Part shown: piece after piece, positions 7,801-13,471 of the stretch
Layout of the letters: each line of letters begins with the position of its first letter
Numbering within the stretch: position 1 is the first letter of the stretch
Source of the DNA: an uncultured Gammaproteobacteria bacterium
GTDB lineage: Bacteria; Patescibacteriota; Patescibacteriia; Buchananbacterales; UBA6539
Reading direction: 5' to 3'
Assembly (NCBI GenBank): GCA_964540635.1
Contig: CAZINP010000004.1
Span: 1,336 to 53,305, forward strand
DNA length: 51,970 bases
The notes under the pieces: generated by a model
Told to the model about the DNA's origin: nothing
The model's database searches: none
The model's input: the letters and a program-made list of their open reading frames with translations, nothing else
Translations under genes and position numbers: made by a program

Positions 7801-10373
7801 ATACCAATGGCGGAATAGGCAGTGTTGGCGTTTACGGTAAAGCATCAACTGTTGGTTTGGCGGGCGTAAGTGATAAAATTGGTGGCTTTTTCTATGGTGG
7901 AAGTCAGGCAATAATGGCTATTGGTAATAGCACGTTTATGGGTAGCGGTATCTTTATGACAAACAGTTTTTATGTCGGTTCCGGGAGTAATTCTTTACTT
8001 AGCATTAATAGTGGCTCTATCGGTCTTGGTCAATATACGGCCCCAAGTGAATTTTTCGGCGTTCAACCTTCAACTGATGCCGGTGAAATCGCAACCGCCA
8101 GGTTCAAGACATGGGACAATGTTGATCAATTATTCTTAGGTTCAAATGGCAGCGTTGGTGTTGGCACAACTACGCCCGGTGGCTATTATGGTGAAAAATT
8201 AACCGTGGTTGGTAATTCATATTTCCAGGGCAATTCAACCACAACGGGCAGGTTAGTGGTAACTGACACCTCAACCTTGGCTACAACCACAATGAGTTAT
8301 GGCAGTAAAATTGGAAATTTAAGCGAAGGTAGTTACATGATGTTGACAACCACTAACCTTAACGACCCAGGTAACTTGGGCGTTTCGGTTGGGAATATTC
8401 CGGTTATCAGTTTTTCAAATTCAAGTGAAATTATTAATAATCATACCGGCGGCATAAACAGTTCTTTGATTATTCTTGAAGATTTATTTGGCAGTGGCAG
8501 TGAAGATCCCGACTCTGGAGATTTGCCCACTTTAACCTTTGCCTCAAAAGATATTTCTACCTTAAGTGCGGCAAATATTATATTTGCCACCACAACAACA
8601 GAATTAAATTTTACGGGCGCATCAAAATATAATTTTGACGCCGATGTTTATGCTAATGGTATTTTGCTAACCGGTGCTGACTACGCGGAATATTTCTATA
8701 CCAAAGATACTGATTTGTTGCCCGGCGAAGCGGTTTGTATGGATGTTACCAAAGACAACACTATTTCTCGCTGCACGCGTTTGGCCGACTCAAATATCAT
8801 TGGTATTGTTTCCAGCAAACCGGCAATTACCGGCAATAATAATAAGGAATATATTAATAATCCTAACTACAAGATTATCGGTTTGTTGGGTCAGGTGCCG
8901 GCAAAGGTCAGTACCGAAAACGGCCAAATCAGGCCGGGCGATTCGTTGGCCGCGGGCTCTGTTCCCGGATATTTAGCTAAAGCCAACGCGGGTGATTCAA
9001 CGGTTGGTGTTGCCTTAGAGGGTCTGGAAAGCGGTAATGGCATAGTTAATGTTTTGATTTCTCGCCGCAATAAAAGCTTGACGGTTGAAGAAATTGAAAC
9101 TCAGATAACAGACAGAATTGCTCAGATGGAGATTGAGGATGAAGTTAATGTTCTAATTTCCAATGCTATAAATAATCTTGATATAGATCAGGAGGTTTTG
9201 GATGCAATTGCCCCGGAACTAATATCGCTTGAAGCGAAGATAAATTTAAGCCTTGATGTGCTTTCAAATTCTATTGACGGCAATAATCTTAATATCAAGA
9301 ATTTACAAAATACCGCCGATGACTTTGATTTGCGTATCAATAATCTCGAAGATGCCGTAGAGTCTTTCCAAGATTTTGCTTCATCAACCAATTCTTTACT
9401 TGTTGCTTTTAACTCAGACATTGTTGATTTGCAAAGTCAGAATTTGGAAATGTCGCAGAATTGGCAGTCGGCCACGAGTTCAATTTCTTATCTCTCAGCT
9501 CAAATTGAAAATATTAATCAGATTTTACAAAGTAATGCCGAAGTAGAAACCGAGCTGACTGTTTCGCAAACTGATTTATCAATTAATAATTTGTCGGTTT
9601 CAGAATCTGCCACTTTCTACGGAACAATTTTGGTTAAGGGTGAGGCCGGCTTTGAACATAAAGTGACTTTCTACGAAGATATTATTGTCAAAGGTAAGAT
9701 TTATGCTTCCAAAGACCAGGCCGGCACGGCAATAATCCCGGCTGGGCAGACTTCGGTTGATGTGGTTTTTGGGCAAGAATATTTGAATGCGCCAAAGGTT
9801 GTGGCTAATATAAATGATGATGACGAAACGGTTTTTGCCAACTTCAAGGTGGCCAGAAAATCAAGCAAAGGTTTCAGTATTGTTTTGCAGGAAGCGCTTG
9901 AAAAAGATGTAGCTTTTGACTGGATTGCTTTAGCCATTCAGAGCCAAGCGCCAATTATCCAGGCAATTATTCCTTCGGCTGAAGTTGTGCCTTCCGATAG
10001 CAGTGTTGATTTTCAGGCTCAGGTAATTGATAGCGATACTCTGGAAAATGATTTGAAATATTCTTGGGAAATAACCTCCGGTCCGGGTACTGTCACCGGC
10101 GATACAAGTCACGCGGTTTGGTCTTTAGGTGGTCAGACAATTGAAGCAGATGCTGATTTGGAAATAAAATTAACCGTAATCGATGAGTCAAATATTGTTT
10201 CGCAAACCAAGACGATAAAGATTAAATTTGTTCAAGAAGATGTTTTGTCAGAAGATGAAAGTGGTCAGGAAACACTAACCGAAGAAGACGCCTTAGAGGA
10301 AATTGAAGCACCAATTCAAACCGAGACGGTTTCCGAAGAGAATGATCCCATACCAGAAGGCGCCGGCGAGTAA
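1812..10373 (+). CDS. Giant (~2850 aa) secreted/membrane-anchored modular surface protein: signal/TM, NYQG domain, Thr/Asn-rich repeats, LVIVD repeats, GADYAE autocleavage-type domain, coiled coil, C-terminal beta/Ig-like domains, acidic tail
   Basis: Single ORF; N-terminal basic plus hydrophobic segment; repeats of type RIIDVSNPSKP/FIVDISDPYDP/RIVDVSDPYNP; LLTGADYAEYF motif; ATG 1812 (TTG 1809 alternative). Confidence 0.88.
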   Translation: MFRKLKNKNYFSLKFAFVVVFFVLLILSLDLKTAFAGINKQLNYQGRINTISGSAVPNGTYYIKLALYDVSSGGTCLWTAVGSCADGNIGTTTVSVVNGIFSVPLGGVSQNSLATSTIDWDSDELYLGVAIRGTAATPVYDDEMTPRKRLTASVYAFNADMIDGIHATSTAAVANYLVSLDANKILNLYDGGVSSTYATTTQFFVGTSDNPVFNVNANNYINVGTTTLAQSTFSQMAFQRPYGTDYLNSIFINQDYSGSGLTSTSSAARVSMNDVGTNYGELYFGNKISVGGNARYSYFEAWDGAGTLTYLLNGIGQYLAGNSTTTGSTYLGTTVGLSGEYISQWSDLSSYLSISSGNPFDQWLDTTSTVQFSTATSSRLYVQGTSGNCEDMGIIFSDSVYSSDGSANLTFIPRTVASGIGLNSNLLVAGGVDSFGAGATTTLLVSGSLTTLMDGAWLRTSNFESSITPGEIIPMISGYSSDSQKMLYVEDNLGIYDVDGDGAALSFMDNAGNRSTLFWNISTPTNEWGNLSFLGGMYLSNGFEVGKSSTSTELGDGWYDTIKVGAGLLQKNHVGDKVGIQFSQSASDTLLGYGVLTGNISSIFTNELKDTYSADLGFFTQNFAASTTPIEAMRLTPTSSNSMLPFYARNSLSVTGNSTTTGSSYLGSTAGLNGVYINDWSDIATIAGSWGTSTEQYFWNNTSTWSGFASQFAQYFNATTTLNGFDPSLYFLTANFGSYWENSYNATTTLNGFNPLEYLLISDYITYWNNAFNSTTTWAAYDDNWARNYNATSTFGGNLSIDGNATTTGSSYLGSTAGLNGVYINDWSDIGSLSGALMLTDWFATSTWAGGNDLVVSGTATSTFAGNVEIAQGKNLQVETIFSYSPLNVNTDLVVSGNATTTGYLSVGNGFTGAVYSDNNLLVDGSAYIDEGLYVLNGPSVMATTTLSGLLTVNSTSTRNIAAHCSDENYDNQGDCETNGGTWYPAADYDFITSAESGGYNFSSIFQKNISTGVYGYATSTDYTLGGETISAGVFGLSSDFGVIGLGGSVAGLFYSPNQAIYAVGESTFIGAAHFYTNQFNLGAEGNPLLSISATSIGVGQYSAPSEFLGVQPSVDAGEIATARFKTWNNTDQLFLDSTGRVGVATTTPGGYYGEKLTVVGGAYIQGGLYVDGIKNDLLPAFDDTYSLGSSDKRWSNIWGHNLNIYGTATVTQLVANNIHSDLNPSADLTYSLGTSTARWDEIWANSINITGTTTLSQIIIQNGLNFSGSLEKLADDLELPHKLRNIYTADGYVYAITYATDSVNSFRIIDVSNPSKPRVVGGEGLSGLPLSDGKRVWVSGNYAYLLYNATGGLKNPFRIVDVSDKSNPVVVGGQNLYFDTIDTTPGQPFYVSGKYAYILGSTNLFIVDISDPYDPKLVSSLNGVGFTNWDIKVQGDYAYVCSRKNISGENNPLTIVNIKDKKNPFITKEMTFPTSDLDPGSYCWSLDVSGAYVYLGLGEIGVNPRDEIFRIVDVSDPYNPVSVGGANVGINDDPDFELPESAGTISYLKVFGTRVYATAWNGYFLVMDVASSTNPKVISKNYINDPSYATTGWPVTFDVKGKHVYVGYAPIMDYYATSTGYFRIFDLPGADIWGGHSDAFSAGSLQVLNNAVFNQRLTVLDSLEIGSGGLYSQGALSVLATSTSSYFGGYLGLGTTTPNYRLVVNASNTTDYLFQVASSTHQGIFEIRNDGIARFGYDFIVNGTATSTFAGNIQIAQGKNLQVENIFAYSPLNINTDLKIFGNATTTGDHIVNGTVRATTLTLGGVEISSWSDIISAADLWATSTEQYFWNNTSTWSGYDSNWARNYNATSTFGGDLTIGGAATTTGQFVAVGGLKSDSIFLNGTTITNWSDLGDILGARNPFNQWLDSTSSVAFATTTVSGQLTASSTTARLVAAHCSSDDYDNQGDCESNGETWYSDDDHQFTTIAQTSNYGYFPLFDNYFSAGVYGYSTSTDYTNGGIGSVGVYGKASTVGLAGVSDKIGGFFYGGSQAIMAIGNSTFMGSGIFMTNSFYVGSGSNSLLSINSGSIGLGQYTAPSEFFGVQPSTDAGEIATARFKTWDNVDQLFLGSNGSVGVGTTTPGGYYGEKLTVVGNSYFQGNSTTTGRLVVTDTSTLATTTMSYGSKIGNLSEGSYMMLTTTNLNDPGNLGVSVGNIPVISFSNSSEIINNHTGGINSSLIILEDLFGSGSEDPDSGDLPTLTFASKDISTLSAANIIFATTTTELNFTGASKYNFDADVYANGILLTGADYAEYFYTKDTDLLPGEAVCMDVTKDNTISRCTRLADSNIIGIVSSKPAITGNNNKEYINNPNYKIIGLLGQVPAKVSTENGQIRPGDSLAAGSVPGYLAKANAGDSTVGVALEGLESGNGIVNVLISRRNKSLTVEEIETQITDRIAQMEIEDEVNVLISNAINNLDIDQEVLDAIAPELISLEAKINLSLDVLSNSIDGNNLNIKNLQNTADDFDLRINNLEDAVESFQDFASSTNSLLVAFNSDIVDLQSQNLEMSQNWQSATSSISYLSAQIENINQILQSNAEVETELTVSQTDLSINNLSVSESATFYGTILVKGEAGFEHKVTFYEDIIVKGKIYASKDQAGTAIIPAGQTSVDVVFGQEYLNAPKVVANINDDDETVFANFKVARKSSKGFSIVLQEALEKDVAFDWIALAIQSQAPIIQAIIPSAEVVPSDSSVDFQAQVIDSDTLENDLKYSWEITSGPGTVTGDTSHAVWSLGGQTIEADADLEIKLTVIDESNIVSQTKTIKIKFVQEDVLSEDESGQETLTEEDALEEIEAPIQTETVSEENDPIPEGAGE
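3792..4300 (+). repeat. 68-nt intragenic direct repeat (3792-3859 and 4233-4300)
   Basis: ACCGGCTCAAGCTACCTTGGTTCCACGGCCGG...GATTGGTCAGACAT; 3 synonymous T/C differences. Confidence 0.9.
5110..8213 (+). repeat. Duplicated ~60-aa module (about 5110-5295 and 8028-8213)
   Basis: GQY[ST]APSEF[LF]GVQPS.DAGEIATARFKTW.N.DQLFL...G.VGV.TTTPGGYYGEKLTVVG occurs twice. Confidence 0.9.
5680..6700 (+). repeat. LVIVD-type repeat array (probable beta-propeller) in giant protein
   Basis: About 7 repeats of type v.v.g.yaY...fRIvDVSdP.nP..vG; boundaries approximate. Confidence 0.75.
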
Positions 10374-10394
10374 TAAAATAGAAAAATTTATATA

Positions 10395-10425
10395 AAAAAA
10401 CACCCCGCCGTGGCGGGGTGTTTTT
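10395..10425. terminator. Bidirectional terminator between giant gene and khpA
   Basis: AAAAAACACCCCGCC-GT-GGCGGGGTGTTTTT. Confidence 0.85.
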
Positions 10426-10435
10426 AAAATCTAGT

Positions 10436-10756
10436 TTAGATTTTCAAGTCATCGACAACTGAGGTATCAGCATCAATGTGTCTTGATCTCTTTGAACCTT
10501 CCGGTTCATAGATTTTGAGGTTGACGCGAGCATTGTTCTTGGCGCCGACGATCTTCAACAAAGTTCTGATCGCTCTGGCGGTCTGGCCTTGGCGGCCGAT
10601 GACATAGCCCATGTCAGAAGGATTGAGATGAAGAGTAATTAATACTCCCATTTCATCCACAGTTCTGTCGGTTTTAACGTCTTCAGGATGAGCCACAATG
10701 GCTTTGACGACGTATTCGACAAACTCCTGATCGGATTGTTTAGCTTCCATATTCAT
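10436..10756 (-). CDS. khpA: KH-domain RNA-binding protein KhpA (YlqC family)
   Basis: FVEYVVKAIVAHPEDV...DMGYVIGRQGQTARAIRTLL (KH GxxG loop); neighbour of rpsP/trmD. Confidence 0.9.
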   Translation of the reverse strand: MNMEAKQSDQEFVEYVVKAIVAHPEDVKTDRTVDEMGVLITLHLNPSDMGYVIGRQGQTARAIRTLLKIVGAKNNARVNLKIYEPEGSKRSRHIDADTSVVDDLKI

Positions 10757-10885
10757 TCGTTAACATTCCGCATGGCGGAATGAATTACTTACATTTCCAC
10801 CAGTACTGCCGACCTACTAGGCAACTTTTGAGAAAAGCTGCCAAAAAACAGTCTGGTACCAGCCTGAGGCAAAGGCCTTAAGCTT
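10757..10885 (-). ncRNA. Structured 5' leader of khpA
   Basis: Sense-strand helices GGCAGCUUUU-CUC-AAAAGUUGCC, CAUUCCGC-CAU-GCGGAAUG and enclosing UACCAGACUG/CAGUACUGGUG. Confidence 0.5.
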
Positions 10886-10890
10886 TTAAT

Positions 10891-10918
10891 ATTATATCAT
10901 ATTTTTTATATTTGTCAA
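10891..10918 (-). promoter_or_regulatory. sigma70 promoter for khpA
   Basis: TTGACA, 16 nt, TGa-TATAAT on minus strand. Confidence 0.75.
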
Positions 10919-10932
10919 TCTATTTTTTTTAT

Positions 10933-10960
10933 AAAAAAAGCTGCCGGTGTGCCCAGCAGC
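10933..10960 (-). terminator. Terminator downstream of serA
   Basis: Minus strand GCTGCTGG-GCACA-CCGGCAGC followed by T7. Confidence 0.8.
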
Positions 10961-10978
10961 CGTTCGGTTTTTGCCAAT

Positions 10979-12295
10979 TTAGGCAATACGCGCAACCAAC
11001 CTGATTACGCCCGTGATTTTACCAAGTTCGTCTTGGACATCTGCTCCAACCATTTCGTTCAGGGAAATCATGGTGCATGCAAAACCTTGCTTGCCGGAGA
11101 TGGTGTGAAGAGTATCAATATTTTTCCCTCGCTGTGCAAAACAGTTTGAGATTTGTTGAATCATGCCCGGCTGATCAAGGTGAAATACGGTCAAGCTGAA
11201 TGCCCCTTGGCCCAAACACGCATCGGGGTAATTCACCCCGTTTTTGTGTTCGCCGCTATTCAGCCAAGCAACAACTTGGTTAGCACCCATTGTGGCGCAG
11301 CGCGATTCAGATTCAATTGTCGCCGCGCCGATATGGGGCAGGCAAAGGGTGTTGGGCAAAGAAAAAATGGGATGGTTTGGATCATCAACATCAGAGGCAT
11401 AGCCGCTGATAAGCGGGTTTTTTCCGGTCATGCCCTGGTGCAAAGCATCCAGATCAACAATGCCGGCTCTGGCCAGGTTCAAGACCCTGGGTTTTTGTTG
11501 GCACAAAGCAATTTGATCGCTGCCAAACAGACCTATTGTTTTGGAATTTAAGGGCACGTGAACAGTGACAAAGTCTGAGTGCGCCAGAACATCCGCAAGA
11601 TTGGTGCGCATTACGCCCTCAACTTCGCGGGTAGGGCAAGGGTCAAAACCCAAAACTTTCATCCCCAAGCCCATGGCTCTGGTGCAGACCTTAGCGCCGA
11701 TAAACCCGGCGCAACCGATCACGCCCATAGTTTTACCATAGAGCTCGGTACCAATATACCCGGATTTTTTTAGCGTGTGCCCGGTGATGGCGTCGCTAAT
11801 CATTTTGTTGAATTGAATCCTGGAACTGGCATCGTCAATGGAAAAAACGATGTCACTTTTTAATTGCGAAAGCGCCAAAATTGCGCCGGCATTTTTTGCC
11901 GCCAAGGCCACATTGTGGGATAAGGCCATGGCGCACAGAATTGTTTTTTCCGCCACCGAGGTGGAGTTTTGGCCGGGAGTATTCTGAACCAGAATTCCGT
12001 TTTCGCAAGCGGCGATCAAATCAATGTTGTCTGTGCCTGCTCCGAAGCGAACAATCAACTCAACGCCATGCTCGCGCAAAATCGTAAGGGCTTCCTTGTT
12101 CAGGGTGGTGCCACTTCTCAAACAAACTGCCCAAATGTGGCCACCATTGATCTCAAGCGAGTCAAGAAAGTTTTTCAACGTCTGAGCGTTGTCTTTGAAA
12201 CCAAAAGCGGTTTCTACCACCTCAAGTCCGGCCGACTCAAGAATCGGCCTTGCCTCAGGCCCGATGCCGTCAAGAAGTAAGACATGTTTTTCCAT
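10979..12295 (-). CDS. serA: D-3-phosphoglycerate dehydrogenase with C-terminal ACT domain
   Basis: RFGAGTDNID, NTPGQNSTSVAE, GTELYGKTMGVIG, DFVTVHVPL, NLARAGIVD, PHIGAAT; ACT HLDQPG...NI; purine-rich SD AAAGGAAAAG. Confidence 0.85.
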   Translation of the reverse strand: MEKHVLLLDGIGPEARPILESAGLEVVETAFGFKDNAQTLKNFLDSLEINGGHIWAVCLRSGTTLNKEALTILREHGVELIVRFGAGTDNIDLIAACENGILVQNTPGQNSTSVAEKTILCAMALSHNVALAAKNAGAILALSQLKSDIVFSIDDASSRIQFNKMISDAITGHTLKKSGYIGTELYGKTMGVIGCAGFIGAKVCTRAMGLGMKVLGFDPCPTREVEGVMRTNLADVLAHSDFVTVHVPLNSKTIGLFGSDQIALCQQKPRVLNLARAGIVDLDALHQGMTGKNPLISGYASDVDDPNHPIFSLPNTLCLPHIGAATIESESRCATMGANQVVAWLNSGEHKNGVNYPDACLGQGAFSLTVFHLDQPGMIQQISNCFAQRGKNIDTLHTISGKQGFACTMISLNEMVGADVQDELGKITGVIRLVARIA

Positions 12296-12330
12296 TTTCT
12301 TTTCCTTTTCAGGTTGATTGTAAAAGGTCG

Positions 12331-12370
12331 ATATAAATAAACAAACCTTCCGGAGGCGGAAGGCTTGTTT
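12331..12370 (-). terminator. Attenuator terminator in serA leader
   Basis: AAACAAGCCTTCCG-CCTC-CGGAAGGTTTGTTT (14 bp, one G-U) followed by ATTTATAT; lies between leader peptide and serA SD. Confidence 0.75.
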
Positions 12371-12388
12371 CTATCTAAATTCTTTAAT

Positions 12389-12469
12389 TTAGGCAAAAAT
12401 AAACCTTGCGCCAGGAAAAGGGCATGAGCCGGAACTTGATGAGGTTAAGGCAAAAAGGTTTGTTTTCAT
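12389..12469 (-). CDS. Ser-rich leader peptide (26 aa) of serA
   Basis: ATG AAA ACA AAC CTT TTT GCC TTA ACC TCA TCA AGT TCC GGC TCA TGC ... GCC TAA = MKTNLFALTSSSSGSCPFPGARFIFA; starts 6 nt after the -10 box. Confidence 0.75.
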   Translation of the reverse strand: MKTNLFALTSSSSGSCPFPGARFIFA

Positions 12470-12475
12470 ATTTTT

Positions 12476-12503
12476 ATCTTAGCAGAAAAATAATTGTTGT
12501 CAA
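12476..12503 (-). promoter_or_regulatory. sigma70 promoter for leader peptide/serA
   Basis: TTGACA (12503-12498), 16 nt, TGc-TAAGAT (12481-12476). Confidence 0.75.
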
Positions 12504-12506
12504 ACC

Positions 12507-12533
12507 AAAAACCGCCCGGCAAGGGCGGTTTTT
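12507..12533. terminator. Terminator after rpsP
   Basis: AAAAACCGCCC-GGCAA-GGGCGGTTTTT. Confidence 0.85.
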
Positions 12534-12543
12534 GAAAGAGAGT

Positions 12544-12936
12544 TTAGGCAGCCGGTTTTTCAGTTTTGGGTTCTTCGGCAGCCGCCGGGGTTTCAGCGCC
12601 TGCATCGGCTACAGTTTCGGTAGCCGGAGTTTCAGCCGGTTTAGCGGTAGCCTCCGGTTCAGCTTTTTTCTTGCCAGCCTTAGAAGCTTTAACTTTTTTA
12701 CCGGTGATTATATTTTGATCAACCAAGAGGTTGTGGGCAGTAGGTGAGCATTGAGCGCCTTTTTCCAGCCAAAAAAGAACGCGATCTTTTTTGACGTCGC
12801 AGACTTTGGAAAAAGGATTATAGCTGCCTAAGATTTCTAAACTTTTGCCATACAAATCTTTTTGGCTGTCTGAGACCACAAAGCGATATGTCGGTTGTTT
12901 TTTCTTACCCACGCGAGCTAAGCGAATTTTTACCAT
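12544..12936 (-). CDS. rpsP: 30S ribosomal protein S16 with Ala/Glu/Pro/Thr-rich tail
   Basis: MVKIRLARVGKKKQPTYRFVV.DS...LGSYNP. Confidence 0.97.
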   Translation of the reverse strand: MVKIRLARVGKKKQPTYRFVVSDSQKDLYGKSLEILGSYNPFSKVCDVKKDRVLFWLEKGAQCSPTAHNLLVDQNIITGKKVKASKAGKKKAEPEATAKPAETPATETVADAGAETPAAAEEPKTEKPAA

Positions 12937-13105
12937 ATTTTTTGATTAAATAAAAAAATATCCGTTAATTAATAGTGGCTTCATTTTGGCACCGAAGCCG
13001 TGAGTGCGACCTTTAGGCAATATCAATATTAGATATTTGTAACGACATTATTACATTAATTTGGAAAATTGTCAAGGGAAATGCAGGGCTGTGATTAATT
13101 CACCA

Positions 13106-13134
13106 TTGACAAAATTAAAAAATTAAATTAATAT
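13106..13134 (+). promoter_or_regulatory. sigma70 promoter divergent from rpsP
   Basis: TTGACA, 17 nt, TAATAT; followed at about +1 by hairpin GTTCGAC-CCGAAGC-GTCGAAC. Confidence 0.7.
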
Positions 13135-13202
13135 TTTTCAGTTCGACCCGAAGCGTCGAACAAAAACCCAACGACCGAACCGGAAAGAAATTGAAAGGGG
13201 GG

Positions 13203-13415
13203 ATGCGAATGAACAATGCCCGCGCTTCCTAGGGTTTTGCTGGGTTTGGCCCGCCTGAACTGACTATCCATGTTTCAGGTAAACAAATCCAGCGCATAAA
13301 GCACGCTTGCGCGTGCGCCGGTAAAGGAAGGTATATAATCAAGTTGCTGCTCCCTGACAGCCGCGATGAGATTTTGCCGGCTTATCCCGGAAATAAAAAA
13401 AGAGGCTTTTGCTAG
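13203..13415 (+). pseudogene. 70-codon frame interrupted by TAG at codon 10 (pseudogene, micropeptide or ncRNA)
   Basis: AAAGGGGGG upstream; MRMNNARAS*GFAGFGPPELTIHVSGKQIQRIKHACACAGKGRYIIKLLLPDSRDEILPAYPGNKKRGFC*. Confidence 0.4.
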
Positions 13416-13438
13416 GTTGGCCTCAATTAACCTGGACT

Positions 13439-13471
13439 GACCCAATGTCGTTTCGGCAGCGGGTCTTTTTT
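13439..13471 (+). terminator. Intrinsic terminator of the 13.1-13.5 kb unit
   Basis: GACCC-AA-TGTCG-TTT-CGGCA-GC-GGGTC followed by T6. Confidence 0.7.

Noticed and set aside
12937-13076. Structured rpsP leader
   Set aside because: Only short 4-6 bp stems (GGCTTC/GAAGCC) and an uncertain -10 box; too weak to call.
13230-13232. Genome-wide TAG or TGA reassignment
   Set aside because: TAG ends rpoC, recA, ruvA and murE at their expected termini, TGA ends gspE, and no conserved gene has an internal stop.
13141-13471. RNase P RNA, tmRNA or SRP RNA
   Set aside because: GGTAAAC and CCGGCTTAT fragments are present, but the GAGGAAAGTCC core, tRNA-like ends and the SRP GGAA-loop helix are not.
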